From contig OZ244976.1 of assembly GCA_965222905.1 (NCBI GenBank), positions 6,310,815 to 6,374,814 of the forward strand: a stretch of 64,000 nucleotides of DNA. The letters are read 5' to 3'. How positions within the stretch are numbered: the stretch's first letter is position 1; each line of letters starts with the position of its first letter. The translations under genes were made by a program, and so were the position numbers. The stretch is from Vicinamibacterales bacterium. GTDB lineage: Bacteria; Acidobacteriota; Vicinamibacteria; Vicinamibacterales; UBA8438. Below are positions 1 to 9,987 of this stretch, one piece after another. The notes beneath the pieces were generated by a model. It worked only from the letters and a program-made list of their open reading frames with translations, was not told the DNA's origin and did no database searches.

Positions 1-1512
1 GAAGCTGGTGATTCGCACCACCTTGCCCTCGACGACGTCGCCCACCTTGGTCGTCGAGAAGAAGTCGTCCCAGATATCGGTCGCAAGCTGCTTCAGGCCG
101 AGCGAGAGCCGCTGGTTCTCGGGATCGATGTTGAGCACCATGGCCTCGACCTCGTCACCCTTCTTGATGACGTCGGAGGGGTGCTTCAGCCGCTTGCTCC
201 AGGACATGTCGGAGATGTGAATCAGGCCGTCGATGCCCTCTTCCACCTCGACGAAGGCGCCGAACTCCGTCAGGTTGCGGACGGTGCCGGTGATCTTCGA
301 GCCGACCGGGTACTTGTCGCCGAGCTGCTGCCACGGGTTGCTCTCGATCTGCTTCAGCCCGAGCGCGATGCGGCGCGCGTTCGGGTCGACCCCGAGCACC
401 ATGGACTCGACCATGTCGCCGACGTTCAGCATCTTCGACGGGTGCTTGACGCGTTTGCTCCAGGACATCTCGGAGACGTGGATCAATCCCTCCACGCCCG
501 GCTCGAGCTCGACGAAGGCGCCGTAGTCGGTGAGGCTGACCACCTTGCCCTGCAAGCGCTGCCCGACGGGATACCGGTCCGCGGCCGACGTCCACGGATC
601 GGCGTGGAGCTGCTTGTAGCCGAGCGACACGCGCTCGGTCGCCGGATCGAACTTCAGGACGATGATCTCGACCTCGTCGTTCACGTTGAAGATCTCGGAG
701 GGGTGCTGGGCCCGCCCCCACGACATGTCGGTGACGTGCAGCAGACCGTCGATGCCTCCCAGGTCGATGAAGGCGCCGTAGTCGGTGATGTTCTTCACCA
801 CGCCCTGCATGACCTTGCCCTCGGCGAGGTTCGCGAGCGTGTCCTTCTTCTTCTCCGTATTCTCCTCTTCGATGAGCACCTTGCGCGACAGCACGATGTT
901 GCCCCGCTTCTTGTTCACCTTGATCACGCGCATGCGCAGCTCCTGGCCGCGCAGCGAATCGAGGTTGCGGACGGGACGGACGTCGATTTGCGAGCCCGGC
1001 AGGAACGCGCGCACGCCGATGTCGACCGCGAGGCCGCCCTTGATCCGCTCGATGACGCGACCGATGACGACCTTGCGCTCGGCATAGGCCTTCTCGACCT
1101 CGTCCCAGATCTTCATCTTCTCGGCCTTCTCGCGCGAGAGCACGATGTGGCCGTCGCGATCCTCGGTCCGCTCGAGCAACACGTCGACGGTGTCGCCGGG
1201 ATGGACCATCGGCTCGCCGTCCTCGTCGTAGAATTCCGACAGGTCGATCAAGCCTTCCGACTTGTAGCCGACGTCGACGATCACCTCGGAGTCGGACACC
1301 CTGAGCACGGTGCCCTTGATGACCTCGCCCTCGGCGATATTCTTCAGGCTGCCCTCGTACAGGGCAACCAGGCGGGCGTGCTCTTCCGGATCGACCATCT
1401 CCTCGTCCGGATCCACGAACCGCGCCGGCTCGGGAGGTTGCGGCGCGGTCGAGGGGCTCTCCACGGCGCCGGCGGCCTCCACCTGGGCCGCGTCGTCTGG
1501 TACATCCATCAT
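1..1512 (-). CDS. rpsA: 30S ribosomal protein S1 (3' end runs off window)
   Basis: Minus-strand translation from ATG at 1512 (GGAGGAAGG RBS upstream) gives MMDVPDD...EGEVIKGTVLRVSDSEVIVDVGYKSEGLI. Repeated S1 OB-fold motifs follow (GRVIERIKGGLAVDIGVRAFLPGSQID; GVVKNITDYGAFIDLGGIDGLLHVTDMSW). Absent from the ORF track because there is no stop in the window; the 181..1611 + ORF is its antisense shadow. Confidence 0.93.
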   Translation of the reverse strand, partial: MMDVPDDAAQVEAAGAVESPSTAPQPPEPARFVDPDEEMVDPEEHARLVALYEGSLKNIAEGEVIKGTVLRVSDSEVIVDVGYKSEGLIDLSEFYDEDGEPMVHPGDTVDVLLERTEDRDGHIVLSREKAEKMKIWDEVEKAYAERKVVIGRVIERIKGGLAVDIGVRAFLPGSQIDVRPVRNLDSLRGQELRMRVIKVNKKRGNIVLSRKVLIEEENTEKKKDTLANLAEGKVMQGVVKNITDYGAFIDLGGIDGLLHVTDMSWGRAQHPSEIFNVNDEVEIIVLKFDPATERVSLGYKQLHADPWTSAADRYPVGQRLQGKVVSLTDYGAFVELEPGVEGLIHVSEMSWSKRVKHPSKMLNVGDMVESMVLGVDPNARRIALGLKQIESNPWQQLGDKYPVGSKITGTVRNLTEFGAFVEVEEGIDGLIHISDMSWSKRLKHPSDVIKKGDEVEAMVLNIDPENQRLSLGLKQLATDIWDDFFSTTKVGDVVEGKVVRITSF

Positions 1513-1644
1513 CCTGTTGTGTCCTTCCTCCCGATCCGGTCCCCGCGATCGATGCAGCTACCGGTGCAGCGACCCTCAGCCCCGCTTCGCGGATCTTTCG
1601 ATGCGCTGTAAGCGCAAGACTGTACGATAGTTAACGAAAGCGCG

Positions 1645-2325
1645 TCAACTCCGGCAGGTGGTCCGCCGGCGTTCGCGGACAACCGCCATCACCCGCTGCA
1701 CCACCGCGTCGATCGGTAGCCCCGTAGTGTCGATCCGTACGGCGTCCGACGCCTGCTCCAGCGGCGAGTCGCGCCGCGTCCGGTCGAGCCGGTCACGCGC
1801 ATCGAGGGCGCGGGCCACCTCCGCGAGTCCCGTTCCCGGCGACAACCGGTGGGCCGGATCCCGTGCCCGGCGGGTCGCCCGCTCCGCCGGAGACGCGTCG
1901 AGATAGATCTTCACCGGCGCGTCCGGGAACACGGTGGTCCCGATGTCGCGCCCTTCCATCACGACGCTCCCGGAACCGGCAAGGTTTCGCTGGTGGGCGA
2001 CGAGCGCCGCGCGCACCCGCGGCAGCCGGGCCACGGCGGCGGCCGCGACGTCCATCTCGGGGGTGCGGATAGCCCGGCTCACGTCCCGCCCGTCGATCGC
2101 GACACGCGTCCCGTCCATCATGAAGACCGCACCGGACGCGACCGCGGCCACCGCCGGCTCGTCGTCGAGCGCCCGGCCCTGCTGCAGGGTCCGCCAGGCG
2201 ACCGCCCGGTACATCGCCCCGGTATCGACATGGCGACAGTCGAGCGCCTGCGCCACGGCGCGCGCCACCGTCCCTTTCCCGGCGCCGGAAGGTCCGTCGA
2301 TGGCGATGACGTCCGGAACGTTCAT
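1645..2325 (-). CDS. cmk: cytidylate kinase
   Basis: 226-aa ORF with P-loop IAIDGPSGAGKGTVARAVA; classic cmk-rpsA adjacency. Confidence 0.92.
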   Translation of the reverse strand: MNVPDVIAIDGPSGAGKGTVARAVAQALDCRHVDTGAMYRAVAWRTLQQGRALDDEPAVAAVASGAVFMMDGTRVAIDGRDVSRAIRTPEMDVAAAAVARLPRVRAALVAHQRNLAGSGSVVMEGRDIGTTVFPDAPVKIYLDASPAERATRRARDPAHRLSPGTGLAEVARALDARDRLDRTRRDSPLEQASDAVRIDTTGLPIDAVVQRVMAVVRERRRTTCRS

Positions 2326-3119
2326 GCGCGCGCCTGAACCGTCGGAATCGGCAGCGGGACGGACCGCACCGCCCCCCGCAGCGCACCCACCTCGGCCGGA
2401 GTCAGGTCGCGGGCCGCTCCGGGCCGCAGCCCACGCAGACTGATGGGCCCGAGCCGGGTCCGCCGCAGCCGCCGCACGGGATGGCCGATCGCGTCGAACA
2501 TGCGACGCACCTGGCGGTTGCGTCCTTCCCGAATCACGATGCGCACGCGCGCCTCGTCGGTCCGTCCCGGCGCGCCCCCGCGCAGCATCCGCACCTCGGC
2601 GGGCCCCGTCGGACGGCCGTCGATCTCGACGCCGGCCGCGAGACGCCGTAGCCGCGCGCCGCTCGGCACCCCGCGCACCGTCGCCTCGTACACGCGGGCC
2701 ACCCCGTGGCGCGGATGCGTCAGGAGCGCCGCCAGCGCACCGTCGTTGGTCAGCAGCAGCAGCCCCTCGGAGTCGTAGTCGAGCCGGCCCACCGGATAGA
2801 CGTACTCCCGAACGTCCGGGACCAGATCCAGCACGGTCTTCCGCCGGTGGGGATCGCTCCGTGTAGTAACGTAGCCGCGCGGTTTGTGCACCAGGACGTA
2901 CCGGCTCCGCACTTCCCGCGCGATGCGGCGCCCGTCGACGCGCACGTCGTCGCGCGCCGGGTCCGCACGCGTGCCCGGCTGGCGCACCGTCCTTCCGTTC
3001 ACCGTCACGCGTCCGTCCGCGATGAACTGCTCGGCCGCGCGCCGGGAGGCGACGCCGGCCGCGGACAGCACCTTCTGCAGCCGCACCAGCCCCTGGAGAG
3101 GGCTCGCCGGCTTGCTCAT
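2322..3119 (-). CDS. rluB: RluB/RsuA-family rRNA pseudouridine synthase
   Basis: S4 domain RLQKVLSAAGVASRRAAEQFIADGRVTVNG and catalytic-type motif YPVGRLDYDSEGLLLLTNDG. Start taken at MSKP (3119); 3137 is also possible. 4-nt overlap with cmk. Confidence 0.85.
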   Translation of the reverse strand: MSKPASPLQGLVRLQKVLSAAGVASRRAAEQFIADGRVTVNGRTVRQPGTRADPARDDVRVDGRRIAREVRSRYVLVHKPRGYVTTRSDPHRRKTVLDLVPDVREYVYPVGRLDYDSEGLLLLTNDGALAALLTHPRHGVARVYEATVRGVPSGARLRRLAAGVEIDGRPTGPAEVRMLRGGAPGRTDEARVRIVIREGRNRQVRRMFDAIGHPVRRLRRTRLGPISLRGLRPGAARDLTPAEVGALRGAVRSVPLPIPTVQARA

Positions 3120-3158
3120 TCGTTCAGCAGCATGCATGCCGGATACGGGAACCCAAAC

Positions 3159-3806
3159 TCAGTGAACCTTGTCGGCGCCGTCGCCCGGTACGGGCACGAT
3201 CCCCGACGGCACCTCGAAGGGCAGCGCGCCGTCCCGCGGATCGTCGCCGGCGAGGGCCGGCGGCACCTCCATCCCCAGCGCCTCGGCCATGTCCTCCACC
3301 TTCGGCAGATCGGTCAGGTCCTTCAGCCCGAACCGATCGAGAAACTCGCGTGTGGTGGCATACAGGAACGGCCGGCCGATCACCGCCTTGCGCCCGACGA
3401 CCTTGACCAGACGGCGCTCCACCAGCGTCCCGATCACCCCGGATGTGTTGACACCCCGGATCTCGGCGATCTCCGGTCCGGTGACCGGCTGCCGGTAGGC
3501 GATGACGGCCAGCGTCTCGAGCGCCTGCACCGACAGCCGCTGATTGGAATGTTCGTGGAAGAGACGCCGCACCCGGTCGTGCAACTCCGGCCGCGTGACG
3601 ATCTGATAACCGCCCGCCACCTCGATCAGTTGCAATCCGCCCAACCGGTCGCTCCAGTCCCGGCGGAGCGCGGCGAGCGCCTCCTCGACGTGCTCGCGCG
3701 GTTCGTCGTCCAGCGTCTTCACCAGGATCTTCAGCGACAGCGGGTCCGGCGACGCGAAGATCAACGCCTCGACAATCGCCTTCAGGTTGCCCAGCGCGTC
3801 GATCAC
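3159..3806 (-). CDS. scpB: segregation and condensation protein B
   Basis: 215 aa, N-terminus LKAIVEALIFASPDPLSLK typical of ScpB; overlaps the scpA stop by 4 nt. Confidence 0.88.
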   Translation of the reverse strand: MIDALGNLKAIVEALIFASPDPLSLKILVKTLDDEPREHVEEALAALRRDWSDRLGGLQLIEVAGGYQIVTRPELHDRVRRLFHEHSNQRLSVQALETLAVIAYRQPVTGPEIAEIRGVNTSGVIGTLVERRLVKVVGRKAVIGRPFLYATTREFLDRFGLKDLTDLPKVEDMAEALGMEVPPALAGDDPRDGALPFEVPSGIVPVPGDGADKVH

Positions 3807-4717
3807 CCCGGTTCCTCCCCGCCGTCATCGTTCGATTCCCTGCCGCCGGGCGCCGGATCGACCGGCGCCGCCGCCGCGCGCTCGCTCAGATAGATCCGAA
3901 TCGGACCGCAGACGCGGGCCTGCAGCACACGAATCAACCTGGTTCTGATCAGCTCGAGCGTAGCGAGAAACATCACGATAATCTCCTGCCGGGACGACAC
4001 GTCGGCGAACAGGTCGTCGAACCCGCATGGCCCGCCGCGGGCCAGCCGCTCGAGCATCTCGGCCATGCAGGCCTCGATAGATACCACGTCCGCCGGGAGG
4101 GGAATGGTGTTCCGCCGGTCACGCGCCCGGGCCAGGACCGCCTGAAACGCCTGGAGCAGGCTGAACAGATCCACCTCGAGCTCGCGCTCGACCGGGGCGC
4201 CGGCGATCCCCTCGACCCGCTCGTCGGGACGGATCCACTGGGCACTGCGCACCGTCTCGCACTCGTGGAGCATCTCGGCGGCGGCCTTGAACCGCTGGTG
4301 ATCGAGCAGGCGCTGCACCAGCGCCTCGCGGGGATCCTCCTCCGGCTCGTCGGTTTCCAGCCCGGCCTCCACGCGCGGCACGAGCATCCGTGACTTGATG
4401 TGGATCAGCGTCGCGGCCATGACGAGGAACTCGCCGGCCACGTCGAGGTTGATCTCCCGCATCAGATCCAGGTAATGCAGGTACTGCTGCGAGATGCGTG
4501 CAATCGGGATGTCGTAGACGTCCACCTCGTTCTTCTTGATGAGGTGAATCAGGAGGTCGAGCGGCCCCTCGAAGTTGGTGAGCCGGACCGGATAGTCCGG
4601 CAGGATCGACTCGAAGTGCGCCGGAATCTCCGGCTCGGCGCCCACCCCGGCGAGCGCCGCGTCCGTCAGGCCCGGGTCCCGTTCCGGCATCTCGGTGGCC
4701 CTCCGCTCATCGGGCAC
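3803..4717 (-). CDS. scpA: segregation and condensation protein A (kleisin)
   Basis: 304 aa with FEGPLDLLIHLIKKNEVDVYDIPIARISQQYL, the ScpA N-terminal signature; operonic with scpB. Confidence 0.88.
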   Translation of the reverse strand: MPDERRATEMPERDPGLTDAALAGVGAEPEIPAHFESILPDYPVRLTNFEGPLDLLIHLIKKNEVDVYDIPIARISQQYLHYLDLMREINLDVAGEFLVMAATLIHIKSRMLVPRVEAGLETDEPEEDPREALVQRLLDHQRFKAAAEMLHECETVRSAQWIRPDERVEGIAGAPVERELEVDLFSLLQAFQAVLARARDRRNTIPLPADVVSIEACMAEMLERLARGGPCGFDDLFADVSSRQEIIVMFLATLELIRTRLIRVLQARVCGPIRIYLSERAAAAPVDPAPGGRESNDDGGEEPG

Positions 4718-5729
4718 GCGCCGCGTGGTACGTCAGCCCGACCGCCTCGCGCACGCGCTCCATCGTGGCGCGGGCCGTCCCGCGGGCGCGCGCCGAGCCG
4801 TCGTGCAGGATCTCGCGAATTCTGCCGGGCTGCGCCAGCATCTCGGCGCGCCGCTCGCGCAACGGGTCCAGGCGTGCGTTGATCGCGTCGGCCAGCGCCA
4901 CCTTGACCTCGACGTCGCCGACCGTACCCGCCCGATAGCGCGCCTTGAAGTCGTCGACCTGCGCGGTATCGGGGTTGAAGGCGTCGTGGTAGACGAATAC
5001 CGGATTCCCCTCGACCGTGCCGGGAATGTCGGCACGGACGCGCTTCGGATCCGTGAACATCCGCATCACCTTCTTGCGTACCGTCTTCGCGTCGTCCGCG
5101 ATGTCGATGGTGTTGGCGTAACTCTTCGACATCTTGCGGTTGTCCAGGCCCGGCAGGCGCGGGAAGTGCGTCAGCAGCGGCTGCGGCTCGACGAAGACCT
5201 CGCCGAAGAACTGGTGAAAGCGGCGCACCACCTCGCGCGCCAGCTCCAGGTGCGGAACCTGATCGTCGCCGACGGGAACGTACCGCGCGTCGTAGATGAT
5301 GACGTCGGCCCCCTGCAGCAACGGATAGCCGAGGAAGCCGATGGACGACAGGTCGCGCTCCGACAACTGGTCGATCTGTTCCTTGTAGGTCGGCACCCGT
5401 TCCAGCCACGGGATCGGCACCACCATCTGCAACAGCAGATACAGCTCGGCGTGTTCCGGCACGAGCGACTGCACGAACAGCGTGCTCTTCTCCGGATCGA
5501 CGCCGGCCGCGATCCAGTCGGCGACGTTGTCGTACGCGTACCCGGTCAGTCCCGCGGTATCGGCGAACTCGCTCGTGAGAGCGTGCCAGTCGGCGACGAA
5601 GTACATGCAGTCGTAGTCGGCCTGCAGGTCCGCCCACTTGCCCAGCGCACCGGCCAGATGCCCCAGGTGCAGCCTGCCCGTGGGACGCATCCCGGATACG
5701 ACGCGCGGCTGCGCTCTATCGGCGGCCAT
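4707..5729 (-). CDS. trpS: tryptophan--tRNA ligase
   Basis: Class I motifs TGRLHLGH and KMSKS. Start set at MAADRAQ (ATG 5729) because the 67 upstream codons of ORF 4707..5930 are Arg/Pro-rich and unlike TrpS. Confidence 0.9.
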   Translation of the reverse strand: MAADRAQPRVVSGMRPTGRLHLGHLAGALGKWADLQADYDCMYFVADWHALTSEFADTAGLTGYAYDNVADWIAAGVDPEKSTLFVQSLVPEHAELYLLLQMVVPIPWLERVPTYKEQIDQLSERDLSSIGFLGYPLLQGADVIIYDARYVPVGDDQVPHLELAREVVRRFHQFFGEVFVEPQPLLTHFPRLPGLDNRKMSKSYANTIDIADDAKTVRKKVMRMFTDPKRVRADIPGTVEGNPVFVYHDAFNPDTAQVDDFKARYRAGTVGDVEVKVALADAINARLDPLRERRAEMLAQPGRIREILHDGSARARGTARATMERVREAVGLTYHAARAR

Positions 5730-5935
5730 CTGCGGAACGGATCGTGGAGCCGGGCCGCGGCCCGGGCATGCGCCGGCTATTGGACGCCGGGAAAAGAACG
5801 GGAACCAGGAAGAAGAAGTTGACCGGGCAGCCGATGTCGAACACCGGATACCAGCATACGGCAGGGCCGGCGGCCGGGCAAGCCGCGCCGCGCCTTCCTC
5901 CGGACGGCGGGACAGGCTGGCCGTCCCCATGCGGC

Positions 5936-7834
5936 TCAGGGCTTGATCGGCAGCCTCGTGAAGTGCTCAAGGACGGCGTCGGCGAGCTTGGCGCCGATCA
6001 CCGGCAGCAGATCCTCGCGCGAGGCGCGCCGCACGTTGGCCAGGCTGCCGAACCGTTCGAGCAGTGCCCGGCGCCGGCGCGGCCCGATGCCCGCAATGAG
6101 GTCGAGCTCCGACTCGAAGTCGCGCATCCTGCGCGCCCGCCGGTGGTACGTCACCGCGAACCGGTGCGCCTCGTCGCGGGCGCGCTGGACGAGATGCAGC
6201 GCAGGGCTCGTCTTGGGCAGGCGAATCGGCTCCGGTGCGCCGCGGGTGAACAGCTCCTCGTCGCGCTTGGCGATGCCCACGGCGACCAGGTTGCCGAGAC
6301 CGAGCGTCTCGAACGCGCGATACGCCGACGTCAACTGGCCTTTGCCGCCGTCGACCACCACCAGATCCGGAAACGGCCCGCCCTCCTCCAACAACCGGCG
6401 GTAGCGGCGCAGCACGACCTCCTCCATCGCCGCGAAGTCGTCGGGCTTCACGCGGGCGTCCCGCGCCGGGGCGTCCGCAAGCCGGGAGCCGGTCCCGGCC
6501 TTCCGCCGTCCCCGCCGGCCAGCGGTTCCGAGTCCCTGCACCCGGAACTTGCGGTACTCGCCGCGCTGCATCCGCCCGTCCTCGCAGACCACCAGCGACC
6601 CGACGGTCTCGCGCCCCTGCACCGTCGAGATGTCGAAGCACTCGACCCGGTGCGGCGGCGCCGGCAGGTCGAGCACTCGCCGCAGCTCCTCGAGCGCCCC
6701 GGCGTGGACCCGGGCGTCCTCGCTGTAACGCGAGTCGTAGGCCAGCCCGGCGTTGCGAGACGCCAGATCCAACAGCCCGCGGGCGTCGCCGCGCCTGGGC
6801 ACGTGCAGCTTCACGCGGCGCCCTGCGCGCAGCGCAAGCCAGCGCTCCACCGCATCCCGCTCCTCCACCTCGACCGGCACGTGCACCTCGGGCGGCACCT
6901 CGCGCGTCGCGTAGAACTGCTGCAGCGCCGCCTGCACCAGGTCGCGCTCGGTCTCGGTCGCCGCCTGCACGTCGTCCGACACGAGCTCCACCCGTTCGAC
7001 GACGCGCCCGCGGCGCATCTGGAAGACCTGAATCACCCCGCCGTCGGGTCCCAGCTTCACGCCGAACGCGTCCCGGTCTCCGAGCCGGCTCGTCGCCATC
7101 TTCTGCTGCCGGTCGCGCAACGTCTCGACCGTGCGCACCGCATCGCGGCACTGCCCGGCGCGCTCGTAGCGCTCCTCGTCCGACGCCTGCTGCATCTGGA
7201 GCCGCAGACTGTCGATGACCTCATCGGTGCGCCCCTCCAGAAAGAGCCGGGTCTGCTCGACCGATTCGGCGTACTGCTCCGGGCTGCAGACGTCCGACAC
7301 GCAGGGGGCGACGCAGCGCTTGATGTCGTACTCGAGGCACGGGCGGTCGCGCTGCCCGGTGATCACCTCGTTGCACGAACGTATCCCGAACAGCCGGTGG
7401 GTCAGCGACATCGTCTTGCGGGCGAAGGTGGCCGGCATGAACGGGCCCGCGTAGACGTTGCCGTCGCGCGCCACCTGCCGGGCCACCAGGACGCGGGGAA
7501 ACGCCTCGGCGGTCGTGAGCTGAAGATAGGGGTAGTTCTTGTCGTCCCGGAGCAGGATGTTGTAGCGCGGCGACCGCGCCTTGATGAGGTTGTTCTCCAG
7601 GGCCAGGGCCTCGACGAGCGAGTCGGTGACGATCACTTCGAGCCGGGCCGCCTCGTCGAGCAGCGCGTCGGTCTTCGGGCTGCCGCCATACGCGCCGAGG
7701 TAGCTGCGGACCCGGTCGCGCAGCGACCGCGCCCGGCCGACGTAGATGGTCTCGCCACGACTGTTGAAGTAGATGTAGACTCCAGGCTGCTCCGGTAGCC
7801 GGGCCATCGCGTCCCGCAGATCCCGAATCGGCAT
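5936..7834 (-). CDS. uvrC: excinuclease ABC subunit C
   Basis: 632 aa; GIY-YIG N-terminus PEQPGVYIYFNSRGETIYVGRARSLRDRV and a UvrC-like body. Confidence 0.93.
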   Translation of the reverse strand: MPIRDLRDAMARLPEQPGVYIYFNSRGETIYVGRARSLRDRVRSYLGAYGGSPKTDALLDEAARLEVIVTDSLVEALALENNLIKARSPRYNILLRDDKNYPYLQLTTAEAFPRVLVARQVARDGNVYAGPFMPATFARKTMSLTHRLFGIRSCNEVITGQRDRPCLEYDIKRCVAPCVSDVCSPEQYAESVEQTRLFLEGRTDEVIDSLRLQMQQASDEERYERAGQCRDAVRTVETLRDRQQKMATSRLGDRDAFGVKLGPDGGVIQVFQMRRGRVVERVELVSDDVQAATETERDLVQAALQQFYATREVPPEVHVPVEVEERDAVERWLALRAGRRVKLHVPRRGDARGLLDLASRNAGLAYDSRYSEDARVHAGALEELRRVLDLPAPPHRVECFDISTVQGRETVGSLVVCEDGRMQRGEYRKFRVQGLGTAGRRGRRKAGTGSRLADAPARDARVKPDDFAAMEEVVLRRYRRLLEEGGPFPDLVVVDGGKGQLTSAYRAFETLGLGNLVAVGIAKRDEELFTRGAPEPIRLPKTSPALHLVQRARDEAHRFAVTYHRRARRMRDFESELDLIAGIGPRRRRALLERFGSLANVRRASREDLLPVIGAKLADAVLEHFTRLPIKP

Positions 7835-7878
7835 CCGACCTAGAATAATAGGGTTACGCAGTCACTTCACGAACATCG

Positions 7879-8481
7879 ATGACGTTCACCGGCGCCATTG
7901 GGCGCGCCTGCCTGCTACCGCTTCGCGCCATCATCGCGTTCTGCGTCGTGCTTCGGATTCACCCGAACGTGCTGACGCTGACGGGAGTGATCATCAACGG
8001 CGCCGCCGGCTGGGCGCTGGCCACCGAGCAGTTCGGCCTGGCCGGCTGGATCATGCTGGTGGCGAACATCTTCGACTTCATCGACGGCAAGGTGGCCGAC
8101 GAGCTGAAGCTGAGCTCCCGCTTCGGCGGCTTCTGGGACTCGGTCATGGACCGCTTCTCGGACCTGTTCATCCTGACCGGCCTCATCTATCTCTACGCCA
8201 CGCTCGGGCGACCGGACTACGTGCTGATCGCGGCTCTGACGCTGACCTTCTCGGTGATGACCAGCTACACGCGGGCGCGCGCCGAGTCGATCATCCCTCT
8301 CTGCAAGGTCGGCTTCATGGAGCGGCCGGAGCGGATAGTGCTCTTCATGATCGGCGCCTTCACGAACCGGATGGCCGCGGTGCTGTGGGTCATCCTGGTG
8401 CTGTCGGTGCTCACGGTGCTCGACCGCATCTACTTCACGTGGCGCGCGGTGCGCTCCGACGACCGGGGGCTGCCGGCGTGA
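7879..8481 (+). CDS. CDP-alcohol phosphatidyltransferase family protein
   Basis: 200 aa, multi-TM. Motif DGKVADELKLSSRFGGFWDSVMDRFSD matches DG..A...G...D...D of CDP-alcohol phosphatidyltransferases. Divergent from uvrC. Confidence 0.8.
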   Translation: MTFTGAIGRACLLPLRAIIAFCVVLRIHPNVLTLTGVIINGAAGWALATEQFGLAGWIMLVANIFDFIDGKVADELKLSSRFGGFWDSVMDRFSDLFILTGLIYLYATLGRPDYVLIAALTLTFSVMTSYTRARAESIIPLCKVGFMERPERIVLFMIGAFTNRMAAVLWVILVLSVLTVLDRIYFTWRAVRSDDRGLPA

Positions 8482-8684
8482 GCGTGTCGCGGGCGATGAC
8501 CCTGCCGCTCCGGATGATCTGGCACGCGCTCTTCTGGACGTTCGAGCGCGCGACGTGGCAGTACGACCTGATGGTGATCGCCATCCTGGCGTTCATCTGG
8601 CTCACCCCGCCGGAGTGGCTGAGCGACCCGGTAGCGAACGGACCGGGACTGATCGGCATCCTCGCCGCCCTGCTTCGGCAGTAA
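8478..8684 (+). CDS. small hypothetical membrane protein
   Basis: GTG at 8478 overlaps the preceding TGA (GTGA coupling). Product VSVSRAMTLPLRMIWHALFWTF...MVIAILAFIWLTPPEW has one hydrophobic helix. No family recognised. Confidence 0.35.
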   Translation: MSVSRAMTLPLRMIWHALFWTFERATWQYDLMVIAILAFIWLTPPEWLSDPVANGPGLIGILAALLRQ

Positions 8685-8763
8685 GGCGGGCCCCCGCTGC
8701 TGCGACAGCGCAACGCACGCCCTGCTCCGGCAGTAGCGAGAGCGCAACCCCGAGGCCGCCGGC

Positions 8764-9204
8764 TCAGACCACGTCGCGCTGGTCGGCCCCCAGATCCAGC
8801 GTCTTGCCGGTGAAGTGGATATGGTGGCCGGCTATCTTGTCCCGCAGCAGCCGCCGCACCTCGCCGTAGTGCGCCTGCGGCACGGTGAGCCGCCGGGCAA
8901 GGCTACGCAGCCGATAGATGATCATCAGCGTGATGGTGGCGCCCTCGCGCCAGCTCAGGCCGCCGATCTTGGAGTACGGCACGTAACCGCCGTCCGCCCA
9001 GATGCCGCCGGCGTACAGCCCGCGCCCGATCCGCACCCGCAACGGCACCGCGTAGGCGTAGTAGATGAGCATCATCCCCTCGCCGAACGCCCGCTGCGGC
9101 GGCTGCTGTTGAACGACCAGCTTGACGAAGACGAGCACGCCGGCGACGACGCCGAGGGCCAGCAGCCAGCCGTACAGCGGCGGCTTCTCGCCCGGCCAGG
9201 TCAC
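8764..9204 (-). CDS. hypothetical membrane protein
   Basis: 146-aa ORF (GTG start) with TM helix LYGWLLALGVVAGVLVFVKLVV. The frame stays open upstream to ~9330 and encodes another TM-like stretch (AVGVALYALGVGFLFANLRIF) behind a GGGGAGGAG RBS, but has no canonical start there. Confidence 0.55.
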   Translation of the reverse strand: MTWPGEKPPLYGWLLALGVVAGVLVFVKLVVQQQPPQRAFGEGMMLIYYAYAVPLRVRIGRGLYAGGIWADGGYVPYSKIGGLSWREGATITLMIIYRLRSLARRLTVPQAHYGEVRRLLRDKIAGHHIHFTGKTLDLGADQRDVV

Positions 9205-9337
9205 CAGCGCCGACGCGCGCAGTCGGCGGTAGCGGACGAACTGTCCGAAAATGCGCAGATTGGCGAAGAGAAACCCGACGCCGAGCGCGTACAGGGCGAC
9301 CCCGACCGCCTGGGAAACGTCTATGTCTCCTCCCCGG

Positions 9338-9901
9338 TCAGGCGCGCGACTGGTACTCGCCGGTGCCCGTGTTCACGCGAACCTTGTCCCCGTTGCTGAC
9401 GAACGGCGGCACCTGCACGACGAGGCCGGTCTCGAGTCGCGCCGGCTTGAGCTGTGCGCTGGCCGTCGCCCCCTTGATGGCGGGCGCGGTCTCCTCGACC
9501 GCCAGATCGACGGTGAGCGGCAGCTCGATCCCGACCGGAGAGTCCTCGAAGAACTCCAGTGTGATCGTCGCGTCCGGCAGCAGGTAGCTGACCGCGGCGC
9601 CGAGCGTCTCGCTGCTCAGGTGCACCTGCTCGTAGGTGTCGGTATCCATGAAGTGATACCCGTCGCCATCGGCGTAGAGATACTGCATCTTCCGCGTGTC
9701 GAGCATCGCCCGTTCGACGGAGTCGCCGGAAGCGAACTTGTGATCGGTCAGGGTGCCGGCACGGACGTTTCGCATTCGCGTCTGCACGAACGCGCGCCCC
9801 TTGCCGGGGGTGACATGGTTGAACTCGAGGACGCGGTACAGCGTCGCGTTCATCTTGATCAACATGCCCTTGCGGATTCGGGTGGCCTGAATGGATTCCA
9901 T
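9338..9901 (-). CDS. efp: elongation factor P
   Basis: 187 aa; IRKGMLIKMNATLYRVLEFNHVTPGKGRAFVQTRMRNVRAG is a typical EF-P N-terminus with the KPGKG-type loop. Confidence 0.93.
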   Translation of the reverse strand: MESIQATRIRKGMLIKMNATLYRVLEFNHVTPGKGRAFVQTRMRNVRAGTLTDHKFASGDSVERAMLDTRKMQYLYADGDGYHFMDTDTYEQVHLSSETLGAAVSYLLPDATITLEFFEDSPVGIELPLTVDLAVEETAPAIKGATASAQLKPARLETGLVVQVPPFVSNGDKVRVNTGTGEYQSRA

Positions 9902-9987
9902 ATGCGGCCGGGGATCGTACTACAGCGGCCCGGCGCGGTCCAAGCCACCCGCCAGACGGGGTGCACGACATCATTGTTGGATGAGCG

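Noticed and set aside
181-1611. 476-aa plus-strand ORF across the start of the window
   Set aside because: It is the antisense shadow of rpsA. Its product is Asp/Leu/Val/His-rich with no recognisable domain, while the minus strand encodes textbook S1 repeats.
5744-7798. 684-aa plus-strand ORF
   Set aside because: Antisense of uvrC. Arg/Pro/Leu-rich low-complexity product typical of high-GC antisense frames.
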